Source: an uncultured candidate division Zixibacteria bacterium (GTDB lineage: Bacteria > Zixibacteria > MSB-5A5 > GN15 > FEB-12). From it: a DNA stretch of 64,000 bases. Both the position numbers and the translations under genes were made by a program. The stretch lies in assembly GCA_963806185.1 (NCBI GenBank), contig CAWDXE010000003.1, positions 128,001 through 192,000 on the forward strand. The letters are read 5' to 3'. Positions within the stretch are counted from its first letter, which is position 1. Every line of letters starts with the position of its first letter. Shown here one piece after another: positions 1 through 9,276 of the stretch. Below the pieces are notes generated by a model. That model was given only the letters and a program-made list of their open reading frames with translations. It was not told the DNA's origin and made no database searches.

Positions 1-1128
1 TATAGCAGTGAGAATGGCGAGGTCGAGCGATGGCTCGGTGGTCTTGAGGCCGCCGACGACCGAGACGAAAACGTCGTGCGTAGACATCGGGTACCCGGCT
101 CGCTTCTCGAGAATAGCCAGCAAGAGGGCCAGCTTCTTGTTATCGATGCCGCCGGCGACACGCTGGGCGTTGCCGTAGGTAGCGGCCGTTACCAAGGCCT
201 GCACTTCGATGAGGAGCGAACGATTGCCCTCAAGTACGCTGGTGATTACCGCACCGGAGCGTCCCTTGTCGTATGTTCCGCTCAGGAAGAAGGCGGAGGG
301 GTTGGAGACCTGGACCAGTCCCTGCGAAGCCATTTCGAAAAGGCCGATTTCGGCGACCGAACCGAAACGGTTCTTGGTGGCGCGAAGCATGCGATAGAGG
401 TGGGTCTGGTCGCCCTCGAAATACACGACAGTGTCAACCATATGCTCAAGGACTTTGGGGCCAGCCACAAATCCCTCTTTGGTTACGTGACCGACCAGAA
501 AGAGGGCGAACCCTTGAGTCTTGGCCTGCATGATGAGTTGTCCGGCGGATTCGCGAATTTGCGATACCGTACCTGGGGGAGAATCGATCTGAGCGGAAGC
601 GATGGTCTGGATCGAGTCGATAAGAACAATCGCATACTGATTGTTGCCGACCAACTGAGTGATTTCCTCCAGACCGGTCGTGTTGACGGCGGTGATGTTC
701 TCTCCTTTGACCTGCAGGCGGTCGGCACGGGATTTGAGTTGGGGGAGTGATTCCTCACCGGTCACGTAGAGAACAGCCAGTCCCAGGCGCGAGTAGGCCT
801 CGGCAGCCTGAAGGAGCAGAGTCGATTTGCCGATGCCGGGATCGCCGCCGAGGAGCACAGTCATGCCGGAGAGGAGTTGGCCGCCGAGAACCCGGTCGAA
901 TTCGTCGATCCCGCTCTTATATCCTGACAATTTCTCAATGGAAATATTGGGAACGCGCACCGGTTCAATTTCGGTGGAGAACCGAGAGGCCTTCTTGCGG
1001 ACAGGCGCTTTTTCCTCGACGAGGGTGTTCCACTGGCCGCACTCGCGGCACTGCCCCTGCCAGCGGGAGTGTTCGGCGCCGCACTGGGTGCAGAAGAAAG
1101 CGGTTTTGTCCTTCTTTTTACTGAGCAT
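1..1128 (-). CDS. radA: DNA repair protein RadA/Sms (3' end runs off the window)
   Basis: Not in the ORF track. Manual translation from ATG 1128 gives MLSKKKDKTAFFCTQCGAEHSRWQGQCRECGQWNT (C4 zinc finger). The window edge reads EGNRSLLIEVQALV...LLAILEKR...DVFVSVVGGLKTTEPSLDLAI (Lon-like domain) in the same frame. Start overlaps the mlaF stop (TAATG). Confidence 0.95.
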   Translation of the reverse strand, partial: MLSKKKDKTAFFCTQCGAEHSRWQGQCRECGQWNTLVEEKAPVRKKASRFSTEIEPVRVPNISIEKLSGYKSGIDEFDRVLGGQLLSGMTVLLGGDPGIGKSTLLLQAAEAYSRLGLAVLYVTGEESLPQLKSRADRLQVKGENITAVNTTGLEEITQLVGNNQYAIVLIDSIQTIASAQIDSPPGTVSQIRESAGQLIMQAKTQGFALFLVGHVTKEGFVAGPKVLEHMVDTVVYFEGDQTHLYRMLRATKNRFGSVAEIGLFEMASQGLVQVSNPSAFFLSGTYDKGRSGAVITSVLEGNRSLLIEVQALVTAATYGNAQRVAGGIDNKKLALLLAILEKRAGYPMSTHDVFVSVVGGLKTTEPSLDLAILTAI

Positions 1129-1892
1129 TAACGCACCTGAATCGGCCCGCTGGCGCTGCCGGTGATGAACTGGCGCACGACTGGGTTGTCGGTGGTGCGA
1201 ACCTGTTCCGGACTGCCGTCAAATTCCACTTTGCCTTCATACAGCATAATGAAACGGCGAGCGATTTTGAAAGCGGACGTCATGTCGTGAGTGACGGCGA
1301 TCGAGGTCGTTTTGAGATGGTCATTAATTTTGGCGATCAACTGATTGATCACGTCGGCCGTGATCGGGTCAAGCCCAGTCGTGGGCTCATCGAACAAAAG
1401 TATCTCAGGCCGGTGGGCGATGGCCCTCGCCAAACCGACCCGCTTGCGCATACCCCCGGAGAGTTCGGATGGGTATTTGGCAGCCGCGCCCGTGAGACCG
1501 ACCAATTCGAGTTTTTCCATGACAATGTCGTGGATTTCTTCCGGCGAGTGGTGCCAGCGGCGGGATTCCTTGAGACCGAGGCCGACGTTTTCTTCGACGG
1601 TCAGACTATCGAAAAGCGCGGCACTCTGGAAGAGCATGCCGAAGCGTTGACGCATAGCCATGAGTTCTTCGCCGTGAAGAGTGCTGATATCCGTGCCCTC
1701 GATGAGAATGCGACCCCGATCCGGGTCCATCAGGCGGATGAGGTGCTTGAGAAAGACCGACTTGCCGGTTCCGGACTGGCCGATAATAACAACGGCTTCG
1801 CCGCGTTCGATAGTCAGATTCAGGCCATCGAGTACGACTTGCGGCCAGAACTGCTTGGCCAGATTTTCAATCTGTATATACGGTACCGACAT
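1128..1892 (-). CDS. mlaF: ABC transporter ATP-binding protein, MlaF/Ttg2A type
   Basis: Walker A GQSGTGKS, LFQSAALFDSLTVEENV, LSGGMRKRVGLARA, DEPTTGLDP; adjacent to MlaE. Confidence 0.88.
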   Translation of the reverse strand: MSVPYIQIENLAKQFWPQVVLDGLNLTIERGEAVVIIGQSGTGKSVFLKHLIRLMDPDRGRILIEGTDISTLHGEELMAMRQRFGMLFQSAALFDSLTVEENVGLGLKESRRWHHSPEEIHDIVMEKLELVGLTGAAAKYPSELSGGMRKRVGLARAIAHRPEILLFDEPTTGLDPITADVINQLIAKINDHLKTTSIAVTHDMTSAFKIARRFIMLYEGKVEFDGSPEQVRTTDNPVVRQFITGSASGPIQVR

Positions 1893-1893
1893 C

Positions 1894-2682
1894 CTACCCT
1901 ATCCTGAAGAGGATGATCGCAAACAGGAAATTGAACACGAGTATCAACACCGATGAAATGACCACCGAAGTGGTCGTTGAGTGGCCTACCCCCTGAGCAC
2001 CGCCCTGAGTGCGGAAGCCTTCGACGCAGGCGACCAGCCCGATGATACCGCCGAAGACGAACGATTTGATGAGGCCGTTCACGAAATCGCCGATGCGGAA
2101 CGAATTGCGGAAGGAGGTCATGAACATCTCGGACGAAACATCCACCCCGACAATCGACACGATCAACCCGCCGATGACGGCAATAAAATTGGCGAAAACG
2201 ACCATGAGGGGCACCATAAACATGCAGGCGAGAACGCGCGGCATGACAAGATAGCTGATCGAGCTGATGCCCATCGATTCGAGCGCGTCAATCTGTTCAG
2301 TGACCTTCATGGTGCCGAGTTCCGCGGCGATACCGGCGCCAACGCGTCCGGCGAGCACAAGCGCAGAGAGCACAGGCGCAAGCTCAATGACGACCGCTTT
2401 GCCGACGGCGCTGCCGAGCAGGCGCAGGGGGGCGCCGATGAACTTGAACTGATACGCTGCCTGCCAGGCCGAAACGGCGCCGACGAAAATCGAAATGACA
2501 ATGATGAGCGGGAAGGAGCGAACACCCACCGAATATAGCTGCTGCATGATGAGTGCGCCGGAACGCGGGGCATCCTTGATCGAATAAACAAACTGCCCAA
2601 GGAGAATAGCGAGAGCGCCGACGCGGCTGATCAGCCCAATCCCACGCCGGCCGACAACATGAAATCCAGTCTCAACAGCCAT
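1894..2682 (-). CDS. mlaE: MlaE family ABC transporter permease
   Basis: ELAPVLSALVLAGRVGAGIAAELGTMKVTEQIDALESMG and GGAQGVG..TT motifs. Confidence 0.92.
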   Translation of the reverse strand: MAVETGFHVVGRRGIGLISRVGALAILLGQFVYSIKDAPRSGALIMQQLYSVGVRSFPLIIVISIFVGAVSAWQAAYQFKFIGAPLRLLGSAVGKAVVIELAPVLSALVLAGRVGAGIAAELGTMKVTEQIDALESMGISSISYLVMPRVLACMFMVPLMVVFANFIAVIGGLIVSIVGVDVSSEMFMTSFRNSFRIGDFVNGLIKSFVFGGIIGLVACVEGFRTQGGAQGVGHSTTTSVVISSVLILVFNFLFAIILFRIG

Positions 2683-2687
2683 AAGTG

Positions 2688-4107
2688 CTAAAACGGCATA
2701 TCTCCGCCGACCGGTTCGACGCCCGGAGGGAGATCGCGTCGGCGGTGTTCCAGATTCTCAAATTTCGAGAGATTCTTGAGGAATGTCAATTCAGCCATTC
2801 CGGTCGGGCCGTTGCGCTGTTTGGCAACGATGATTTCGGCCCGGCCCTCTACGTCCTTATATTCCTTGGATTGTTTGTCGTGAATGTATAGTTCCTGCCG
2901 GAAAACGAACATGACCAGGTCCGCATCCTGTTCGATGGCGCCGGATTCTCTGAGGTCGGCCAACTGCGGACGCTTGTCCCCTCCGCGTTGTTCCACCGCA
3001 CGTGACAACTGAGACAGTGCCACTACCGGCACATGAAGTTCCTTGGCGAGTGCCTTCAGGTTTCTGGAAATCAGGGACATTTCTTGTTGGCGGTTTTCGG
3101 AAAAGCCCGATGTATGCATCAACTGAATATAGTCGATGATGAAGAGACCGACATTGTATTGAGCCTTGAGCCGCCGTGCCTTCGCACGCATCTCAAGTGG
3201 AGTCAGGGCGGCAGCATCGTCAATGAAGATCGGGGCACTTGACAGCGAATTGGCGGAATAGGCCAGTTTCTGCCATTCACTATCGCGCAGTTTGTTGGCC
3301 CGCAGCTCATGCTGATTGATGCCTGCTCTGCCGCAGAGCATACGGAATACGAGCTGTTCGCGAGACATTTCCACAGAGAAGATGCCGACGCCTGTGGGTG
3401 AGTCTTTTCGCGTGGCTACGTTTTCGGCGATATTCATCGCCAGCGAGGTCTTCCCCATCGACGGTCGTCCCGCAATAACGACGAAATCTCCCGGATGCAG
3501 ACCAAGCGTCATTTCGTCCAATTTATCGAAACCAGTGAGCAGTCCGGTCGCCATAGAATGGGAATCGATTTGCTCGAGGGTCTGATTGACCAAATTGGCG
3601 ATCGGGATGAAGCCCTCGCGTATTCGCGTCTGTGAAATCTGAAAGATGTGCTGTTCGGCCTGGTCGAGCAGATCGTCCACCGCCTGCTCCTGCGAATAGC
3701 AGCTCTTGACGATTTCATTGGAGGTGTTGATCAGTTTGCGGAGGATCGATTTCTCGAGGACGATATTGGCGTATGATGCGATATTGGCGGTGCTGGCGAC
3801 TTGCTCGACGAGGTCGACCAGATAGACGCGGCCACCGACCTTCTCCAAGGAGGCCCTGCCGCACCAGATCGTTGGCAACAGTCGTAATATCACACGGTTC
3901 GCTGCGCTGATAGAGAGCCAGGATCGACTCGTAGATGATCTGGTGCTTCGGGTAATAGAAATGGTGGGAGTCCTCCAGCACCTCGAGCGCCTGGTTGATG
4001 GCCTCGGCGTCCTTGAGCACCGCCCCGAGGACGGCCTGCTCGGCATCGAGCGATTGCGGCGGCTGGTGAGAGTCGGCAACTTTGTCTGACTTGGTGCGGA
4101 AGGCCAT
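2688..4107 (-). CDS. dnaB: Replicative DNA helicase DnaB (one +1 frameshift near 3847, probably a sequencing error)
   Basis: N-terminus PPQSLDAEQAVLG in ORF 3715-4107. Walker A AGRPSMGKTS, IIDYIQLM, LSQLSRAVEQR and LRESGAIEQDAD in ORF 2688-4079. Frames join at ...RQGLL/EKVGG. Confidence 0.93.
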
Positions 4108-4119
4108 ATCGTGTCAATT

Positions 4120-4918
4120 CTACTTTTTTGTCAGTTCGTCATACCGGGCACGGAGCATTTGCATGTCCGCCCAGGTCTCTTTCTTGTACTCCGGAAACCG
4201 GAGCAGCGCCGCCGGGTGGTAGGTAATGAGCATCGGCACACCCTGGTAATCGTGGAAGACGCCGCGCAGTTTGCCGAGAGAAGTGGTGGTCTGCAAAAGA
4301 GTCTGCCCGGCGATGCGCCCCAGCGAGCAGAGCAATTTCGGTTTGATGATCCGTATCTGTTCGTGCAAATACGGAAGACACTGTGCGGCCTCCGCCGGAA
4401 GCGGGTCGCGGTTGTTCGGGGGCCGGCATTTGAGAATGTTGGCAATGTAGATGTCGTCTCGAGTAAAGTTGATCGCGGCGAGAATTTTGTCGAGCAGTTT
4501 ACCGGCGCGACCGACAAACGGTTCACCCAGACGGTCCTCATCGGCGCCGGGCGCCTCGCCGATGAACATCAAACCGGCGTTCGGATTGCCCACACCGTAG
4601 ACGAATTTGTTGCGCGTGGCCCCGAGCGGGCAGAGTTGACAGTTGCATATGGTCGAATAGTGGGAGGCGAGTGAATCGAACCGGATAGGCTGACCGTCGC
4701 GCATATCTACACGGTCGGGGCTGGGGGTCAGTTCCACTCGCTTGGGCATCGGTTCTCCAAAAAGGTTTTCGGTCGGACGGCGAGCGCAACAGGCGACAAC
4801 CGGTGGCGGCGACGACAATAGCTTGCCGATTAATGACGACCTCGCCTGCGCCGAACTCGATCTGCACAGCCAAGGCTCGCCGCAACATCGTAAGGACGTC
4901 AACGGGTTGTTCGCTCAT
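4120..4918 (-). CDS. udg: Uracil-DNA glycosylase, family 4 (net +1 frameshift near 4780-4820)
   Basis: CQLCPL Fe-S cysteines, [44 protein letters not shown]-terminal helix MSEQPVDVL... lies in a different frame. Confidence 0.88.
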
Positions 4919-4947
4919 ATACTCACAGCTGTTATTTAGCGGGCAAA

Positions 4948-6152
4948 TTACAGCATGCGGGCGATGATTTCAAGGAGATAGCGCGATAATTCACTCTTGG
5001 ATTGCAGTGGGACGTCCAGGGGGTCCGAGCCGGGGCGCAAGATTGTGACTTTGTTGGTGTCGGTGTCGAAGCCTGCGCCAGGGTCGGATGTGGAGTTGAG
5101 CACGATCATGTCAAGTTGCTTATCCACAAGTTTCTTCTTGGCGTTGGAGAGACCGTCGTTAGTTTCGAGGGCGAAGCCGACTACGCGCTGATGGGTACGT
5201 TTGTGCGGGGCAAGGGCTTTGAGGATATCAACGGTAGGCTTCAGTTCGACATTCAGACCCGCCGCGGATTTCTTCACCTTTTCCACATGGGTGTTGACAG
5301 GTGTGAAATCCGCAGGCGCAGCGGCCATAATGAGGCAATCGACCGTATCAAAGTGCTGTCGCACGGCTTCATACATTTCTTGAGTTGTTTCGACTCGTTC
5401 GCAAGTAATGCCGGATGGATCAGGCAGACTGGTCGGGCCGGAGACGAGGACAACGTCGGCGCCGAGCGCTTGCGCTGCCATGGCGAGTGCATACCCCATT
5501 TTGCCTGAACTTCGATTAGAAATGTAGCGGACGGGATCAATGTACTCGCGGCAGGGACCGGCGGTGACGAGAAAGCGCTTACCGGTCAGGACTTTTTTTT
5601 TTGAAGGAGGAAATCTTCGACTGCCTTGAAAATAACGTCCGGCTCCGCCATTCTTCCAACACCCCAGTGATCGCAGGCCATCTCCCCTTCGGCCGGAGAT
5701 ACGGTCATATAGCCAAGCTCGAGCAATGTCTTGTAGTTCCGTTGGGTGGTTTTGTTGAGCCACATCTGCGGATTCATGGCAGGAGCGATCATAACCGACT
5801 TCGGTGTCGCGCAGAGGATAGTGGTGAGCAGGTCATCGGAAATGCCGTTCGCCATCTTGCCCATGAAGTTTGCGGTAGCCGGCGCAACCACGAACAGATC
5901 GGGCCAGGTAGCGAGATCGATGTGGCGGGTGGCGATGAACTCATGATCGGGGAACATCTGAACCGCCACCGGATTTTGCGAGACGGTCTCCATGGTGAGC
6001 GGGGTGATGAATTTGGTGGCGCCGTCGGTCATAATGACGCGTACGTCGCCGTCGGCCTTGGTAATCAGCCGAACAAGATTGGGGATCTTGTAGCAGGCAA
6101 TGCCCCCGGTAAGACCGACAATGACCTTCTTCCCTGCCAGCGACATAGCCAT
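4948..6152 (-). CDS. coaBC: Bifunctional CoaBC, split by a -1 frame junction at an A10 run (5593-5602)
   Basis: CoaC: GLTGGIACYK, APATAN, APAMNPQMW, GEMAC..G.GRMAEP (5586-6152). CoaB: VTAGPCREYIDPVRYISNRSSGKMG, VGFALET (4948-5763 frame). Confidence 0.93.
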
Positions 6153-6154
6153 AC

Positions 6155-6625
6155 TCAGTGAATCGAGAGGAATGCGTAGCCGTCAATATCACCCAAGGTC
6201 TCGGGGCCGCCCGTAGTGTCTGCGAACATAACGGCCGCGGCAAGCAACTGCAGTTGCTCCGACGTTACCGGCCAGCTTGGCATTTGATTCGCCTGATCGA
6301 CCAGCAGCTCGAACTGCGAGAAAGACAACTGGTGGGAATGCACCAGCTCCAGCAGATAGCCGTATGCTCCTGAGGTGAAGCGATATCGTTCCGCGGGCGA
6401 CAACAAGCGTTGGGCCGTGGCGCTGGTCGGGAGTTTGCGAAACAGCGTCCGTTCGGCGCCGCGAATGTGGTCCATCATCCAGGAGTAGGCCGAGGTGATT
6501 TCGTCTTCAGAATAGCCGAGCTTGAGCAGGTCGGAGGAGAGGTCCATCAGTTGCTCCTGGTGGCCCATATCTTCACGCATATTATCCATCAAATAAACGA
6601 CAATCTCGAGAATCCGGTTACCCAC
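6155..6625 (-). CDS. DUF494/Smg family protein
   Basis: RILEIVVYLM...L.KLGYSEDEI.SA..W...RLLSPAE pattern; GTG start at 6625 with GGAGG RBS. Confidence 0.8.
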   Translation of the reverse strand: MGNRILEIVVYLMDNMREDMGHQEQLMDLSSDLLKLGYSEDEITSAYSWMMDHIRGAERTLFRKLPTSATAQRLLSPAERYRFTSGAYGYLLELVHSHQLSFSQFELLVDQANQMPSWPVTSEQLQLLAAAVMFADTTGGPETLGDIDGYAFLSIH

Positions 6626-6705
6626 GTCCAGCCTCCACGTAACAGTTAGGAAAAAGATAGGGGGCAGTGGTACGGGATGCAACAAGCAAAAAACACAAGC
6701 CGGAG

Positions 6706-7341
6706 CTATTTGAGCTCCGGCCATTCGGGAAGCGCGACCGGGAGAAAGGAGATGTCATTCAGTCCGGTAAAGACCACCTCGACTTCGATAGTCTCAGCGA
6801 GCTTCAGGAACAGGGCTTTGGGGCGTTCAATTTTGAAATCGTCGAGCTTGATGGTGAATTTTGCTCGCGTCGACAGGGCGAGTGATTCAGCATGCTTGTG
6901 AAGGGAAACCGTGAGTGCCGCCTTGATCTGCCGTTTGACACCATGGATGTAGAAGTACCCCGCGGCTGAGGCGTTGTACAAGGTGTCTGTCTTGAGCACC
7001 GACGGGAGTCCGGAGACAGTTTGCAGCTCGAAGTACGCATCGGGGAACTTGTCGGTATGCAAGTACTTATCGCGCATATGTCCGTCGCGGGTCGCAATGC
7101 CCGTCCGCAGAGTACTCAAGTCGCATTTCAGTGCGCCCGACGCTCCGGAGGCAGTGTTGGCAGGATCGAAGGTTATTGATCCGGTCAGTGTATTGGTCTT
7201 GCCTTCAATGAACTCGAGTTGAGCTGTTGATCGGAAATAGACGGTATCGACGTTCTTCACCGGATCCAGAGTGAATTGCTCGGCGTGCACCTTCGTACCG
7301 ATAAACACAAATATGAAGAGGATAACGAAGCGTGCTCGCAT
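6706..7341 (-). CDS. YceI family exported protein (polyisoprenoid-binding fold)
   Basis: Signal peptide; LSTLRTGIATRDGHMRDKYLHTDKFPDAYF and IHGVKR motifs of YceI. Confidence 0.9.
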   Translation of the reverse strand: MRARFVILFIFVFIGTKVHAEQFTLDPVKNVDTVYFRSTAQLEFIEGKTNTLTGSITFDPANTASGASGALKCDLSTLRTGIATRDGHMRDKYLHTDKFPDAYFELQTVSGLPSVLKTDTLYNASAAGYFYIHGVKRQIKAALTVSLHKHAESLALSTRAKFTIKLDDFKIERPKALFLKLAETIEVEVVFTGLNDISFLPVALPEWPELK

Positions 7342-7362
7342 GGATAAACCCTACTCTTTCGT

Positions 7363-8085
7363 CTAGTTATTCGACGCTCCCTGGTTGATCCAGTCGCGTA
7401 TCAAGTTTTGTTCATCGGTGGTCAGATACGGACCACCCAAAGGCATGCGGCTGCCAAACGGCGGCGCCGGGGTAGTCTTAAGGTACAAGTTACTTTGTCC
7501 GCCCAACCCCGGGATCACGTTGGGCGCGTGATCCCCAGTGGTAGTGAGCGTGTTCACGTTGGCAACGCTGAAATTCCCGTTGCCGGGATGACAACCGCCG
7601 CACCCTTTGGCGCTAAACAGCGTCGCAATCTGCGCGGAATAGCTGACGTCGGTGCCACCGTCGCTGGGAGTGATCCTTGTTGTCCCGATACCCTTTGCGA
7701 TCGTCGCGTGAGAGGGAGGACCGAGGGTGATGTCGAACAGTTCGCTCCCCTCAACGTCAGCGTCATCGTTGGTGACCACCACAATCTTGGTACTGGTCGT
7801 ACCGGCAGTAATCGTGCCGGTACCGGAAAGTGCACCGGAGAAGTCGAGGTCGGAAGTGGAGCGGTTGACCAAGGCATAAGAGAACGTAATGTCGGTAGCC
7901 GCGGCAGAACTGAGGGTGACAACGAATGTCACGCTGTTACCCTCGCTGATACCCACCGGATCGTTGATGGATAGCGTAGGCGTGGCGCCGCCGCCGGGGC
8001 TATTGGGCGCTTTGCCGCTATCTGAGCACGAAGCCGCAATCAGCGCGAGAATCGCAACAACAAGGCCGAGAATCCTGGTATTCAT
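7363..8085 (-). CDS. Lipoprotein with Calx-beta-like domain and C-terminal monoheme cytochrome c
   Basis: Lipobox IAASC. Calx-beta-like SEG...FVVTLS...D.DVEGSELF.ITL. CGGCH heme motif, RMP distal Met, IRDWINQGA terminal helix. Confidence 0.8.
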   Translation of the reverse strand: MNTRILGLVVAILALIAASCSDSGKAPNSPGGGATPTLSINDPVGISEGNSVTFVVTLSSAAATDITFSYALVNRSTSDLDFSGALSGTGTITAGTTSTKIVVVTNDDADVEGSELFDITLGPPSHATIAKGIGTTRITPSDGGTDVSYSAQIATLFSAKGCGGCHPGNGNFSVANVNTLTTTGDHAPNVIPGLGGQSNLYLKTTPAPPFGSRMPLGGPYLTTDEQNLIRDWINQGASNN

Positions 8086-8104
8086 ATTCAGTTCGTCCCT
8101 TTAC

Positions 8105-9133
8105 TCAGTATCCGACGTGGAGTTGGAGGAAGAAGTCCTTCTCGTCCTTCAGTGGCCCGCTGGTGTAGACCGTGTACGACGGACGCACGAGGACAAACGG
8201 TATCGGGTACAATTCAAGCGAGAAGCGCAGGAATTCTTCCGTTCCGTCGGCGATCCGGCGATTGCCGTCGAAGAAATTGTATTCCCCGACCAGATACAGG
8301 CCGTACTGGATGCGCGTGGTCAGTTGTCCATACGAAATTAGTGTATCGTTACTCCTGCCGACGATATCCCATTCGCCGAGAAGCGTGAACCGATCGTAGT
8401 TCAGCCCACCGAATAGCGCCTTGGCGTGGGGAAAGGAACCAGTGGAACCGGCGACTCTTTCCGAGAGGCGTAAGGAGGCCCCGGCGAGATACCCAAAGGG
8501 ACCAACGGCCCCGGGCCGGTAGGCGTGGAGGGTGTAAACGCCTTGATGGTTGGGGCTGAAGGCCTCGCCGACAATGCTGACCCCCGCGACGTCTGCTCCC
8601 AGAGAGAGACCGTCGAGATACAGAAGTGGCGAGTTGCCGGTACGGGATCGATTGAACGAAGTGTGATCTTCGTTGTGTACTCCGAAGGCCGGAGCAAATC
8701 GACCTGCCTTGAGGTAGTACTTCTGTTGATCGAGGAAATACACGGCATAGTTTTCGGTGATGCCGGTCTCCCCCATTCGCAGCACATACGAGAAGTTCTG
8801 AAATGGCGTGAGTTCGAGAAAGAGATCGGTCTGCATACGAAAGACACGACCGTTGTCGAAAACCAGATGGCGCGAGTCAAAGCCGACTCTGGCATTTTCG
8901 GACACACGAGTCGGTTTGTATTTTTTCGCAAAGAGCTTTTTTGTTTGCGGCAAGGTAAGCTCATTGAAAGCGACAGCGTGATTGCCGAATTCGGTGCGCA
9001 TTCCACCCCCGTTGGGATTAACGTGGCAGGTAACGCATTTCTCTCCGCTTTCCGCGGACAGGCGAGGAAAGCTGTAGATGGAGGCAGCGATGATCAGCGC
9101 CAGACCGAGTAATGGCAAGAGAATTCTGTACAT
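8105..9133 (-). CDS. Putative outer-membrane beta-barrel with N-terminal CxxCH heme motif (cytochrome-porin fusion)
   Basis: Signal peptide, then FPRLSAESGEKCVTCHVNPNGGGMRTEFG; amphipathic beta-strand pattern; C-terminal FFLQLHVGY barrel signal; GGGAG RBS before ATG 9133. Confidence 0.72.
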   Translation of the reverse strand: MYRILLPLLGLALIIAASIYSFPRLSAESGEKCVTCHVNPNGGGMRTEFGNHAVAFNELTLPQTKKLFAKKYKPTRVSENARVGFDSRHLVFDNGRVFRMQTDLFLELTPFQNFSYVLRMGETGITENYAVYFLDQQKYYLKAGRFAPAFGVHNEDHTSFNRSRTGNSPLLYLDGLSLGADVAGVSIVGEAFSPNHQGVYTLHAYRPGAVGPFGYLAGASLRLSERVAGSTGSFPHAKALFGGLNYDRFTLLGEWDIVGRSNDTLISYGQLTTRIQYGLYLVGEYNFFDGNRRIADGTEEFLRFSLELYPIPFVLVRPSYTVYTSGPLKDEKDFFLQLHVGY

Positions 9134-9219
9134 AAGCTCCCGGTTCCAGAACATGACACAGGCGAACGAATGTGGCGTCGCTCGTGCGTTGTTAAATAGC
9201 GGTCGCTGGGTTAGCGTCA

Positions 9220-9268
9220 GAAAGAAGATCGGCGACCGTCACTCTCTAGAGTTGGGCGGTCGCCAATT
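9220..9268 (-). terminator. Intrinsic terminator after purH
   Basis: GGCGACCG..ACTCT/AGAGT..CGGTCGCC hairpin followed by TCTTCTTT on the minus strand. Confidence 0.65.
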
Positions 9269-9276
9269 CGTGCAGG

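Noticed and set aside
76..750. 224-aa plus-strand ORF
   Set aside because: Antisense shadow of radA, which has clear motifs on the minus strand. The same applies to the many other antisense ORFs over core genes.
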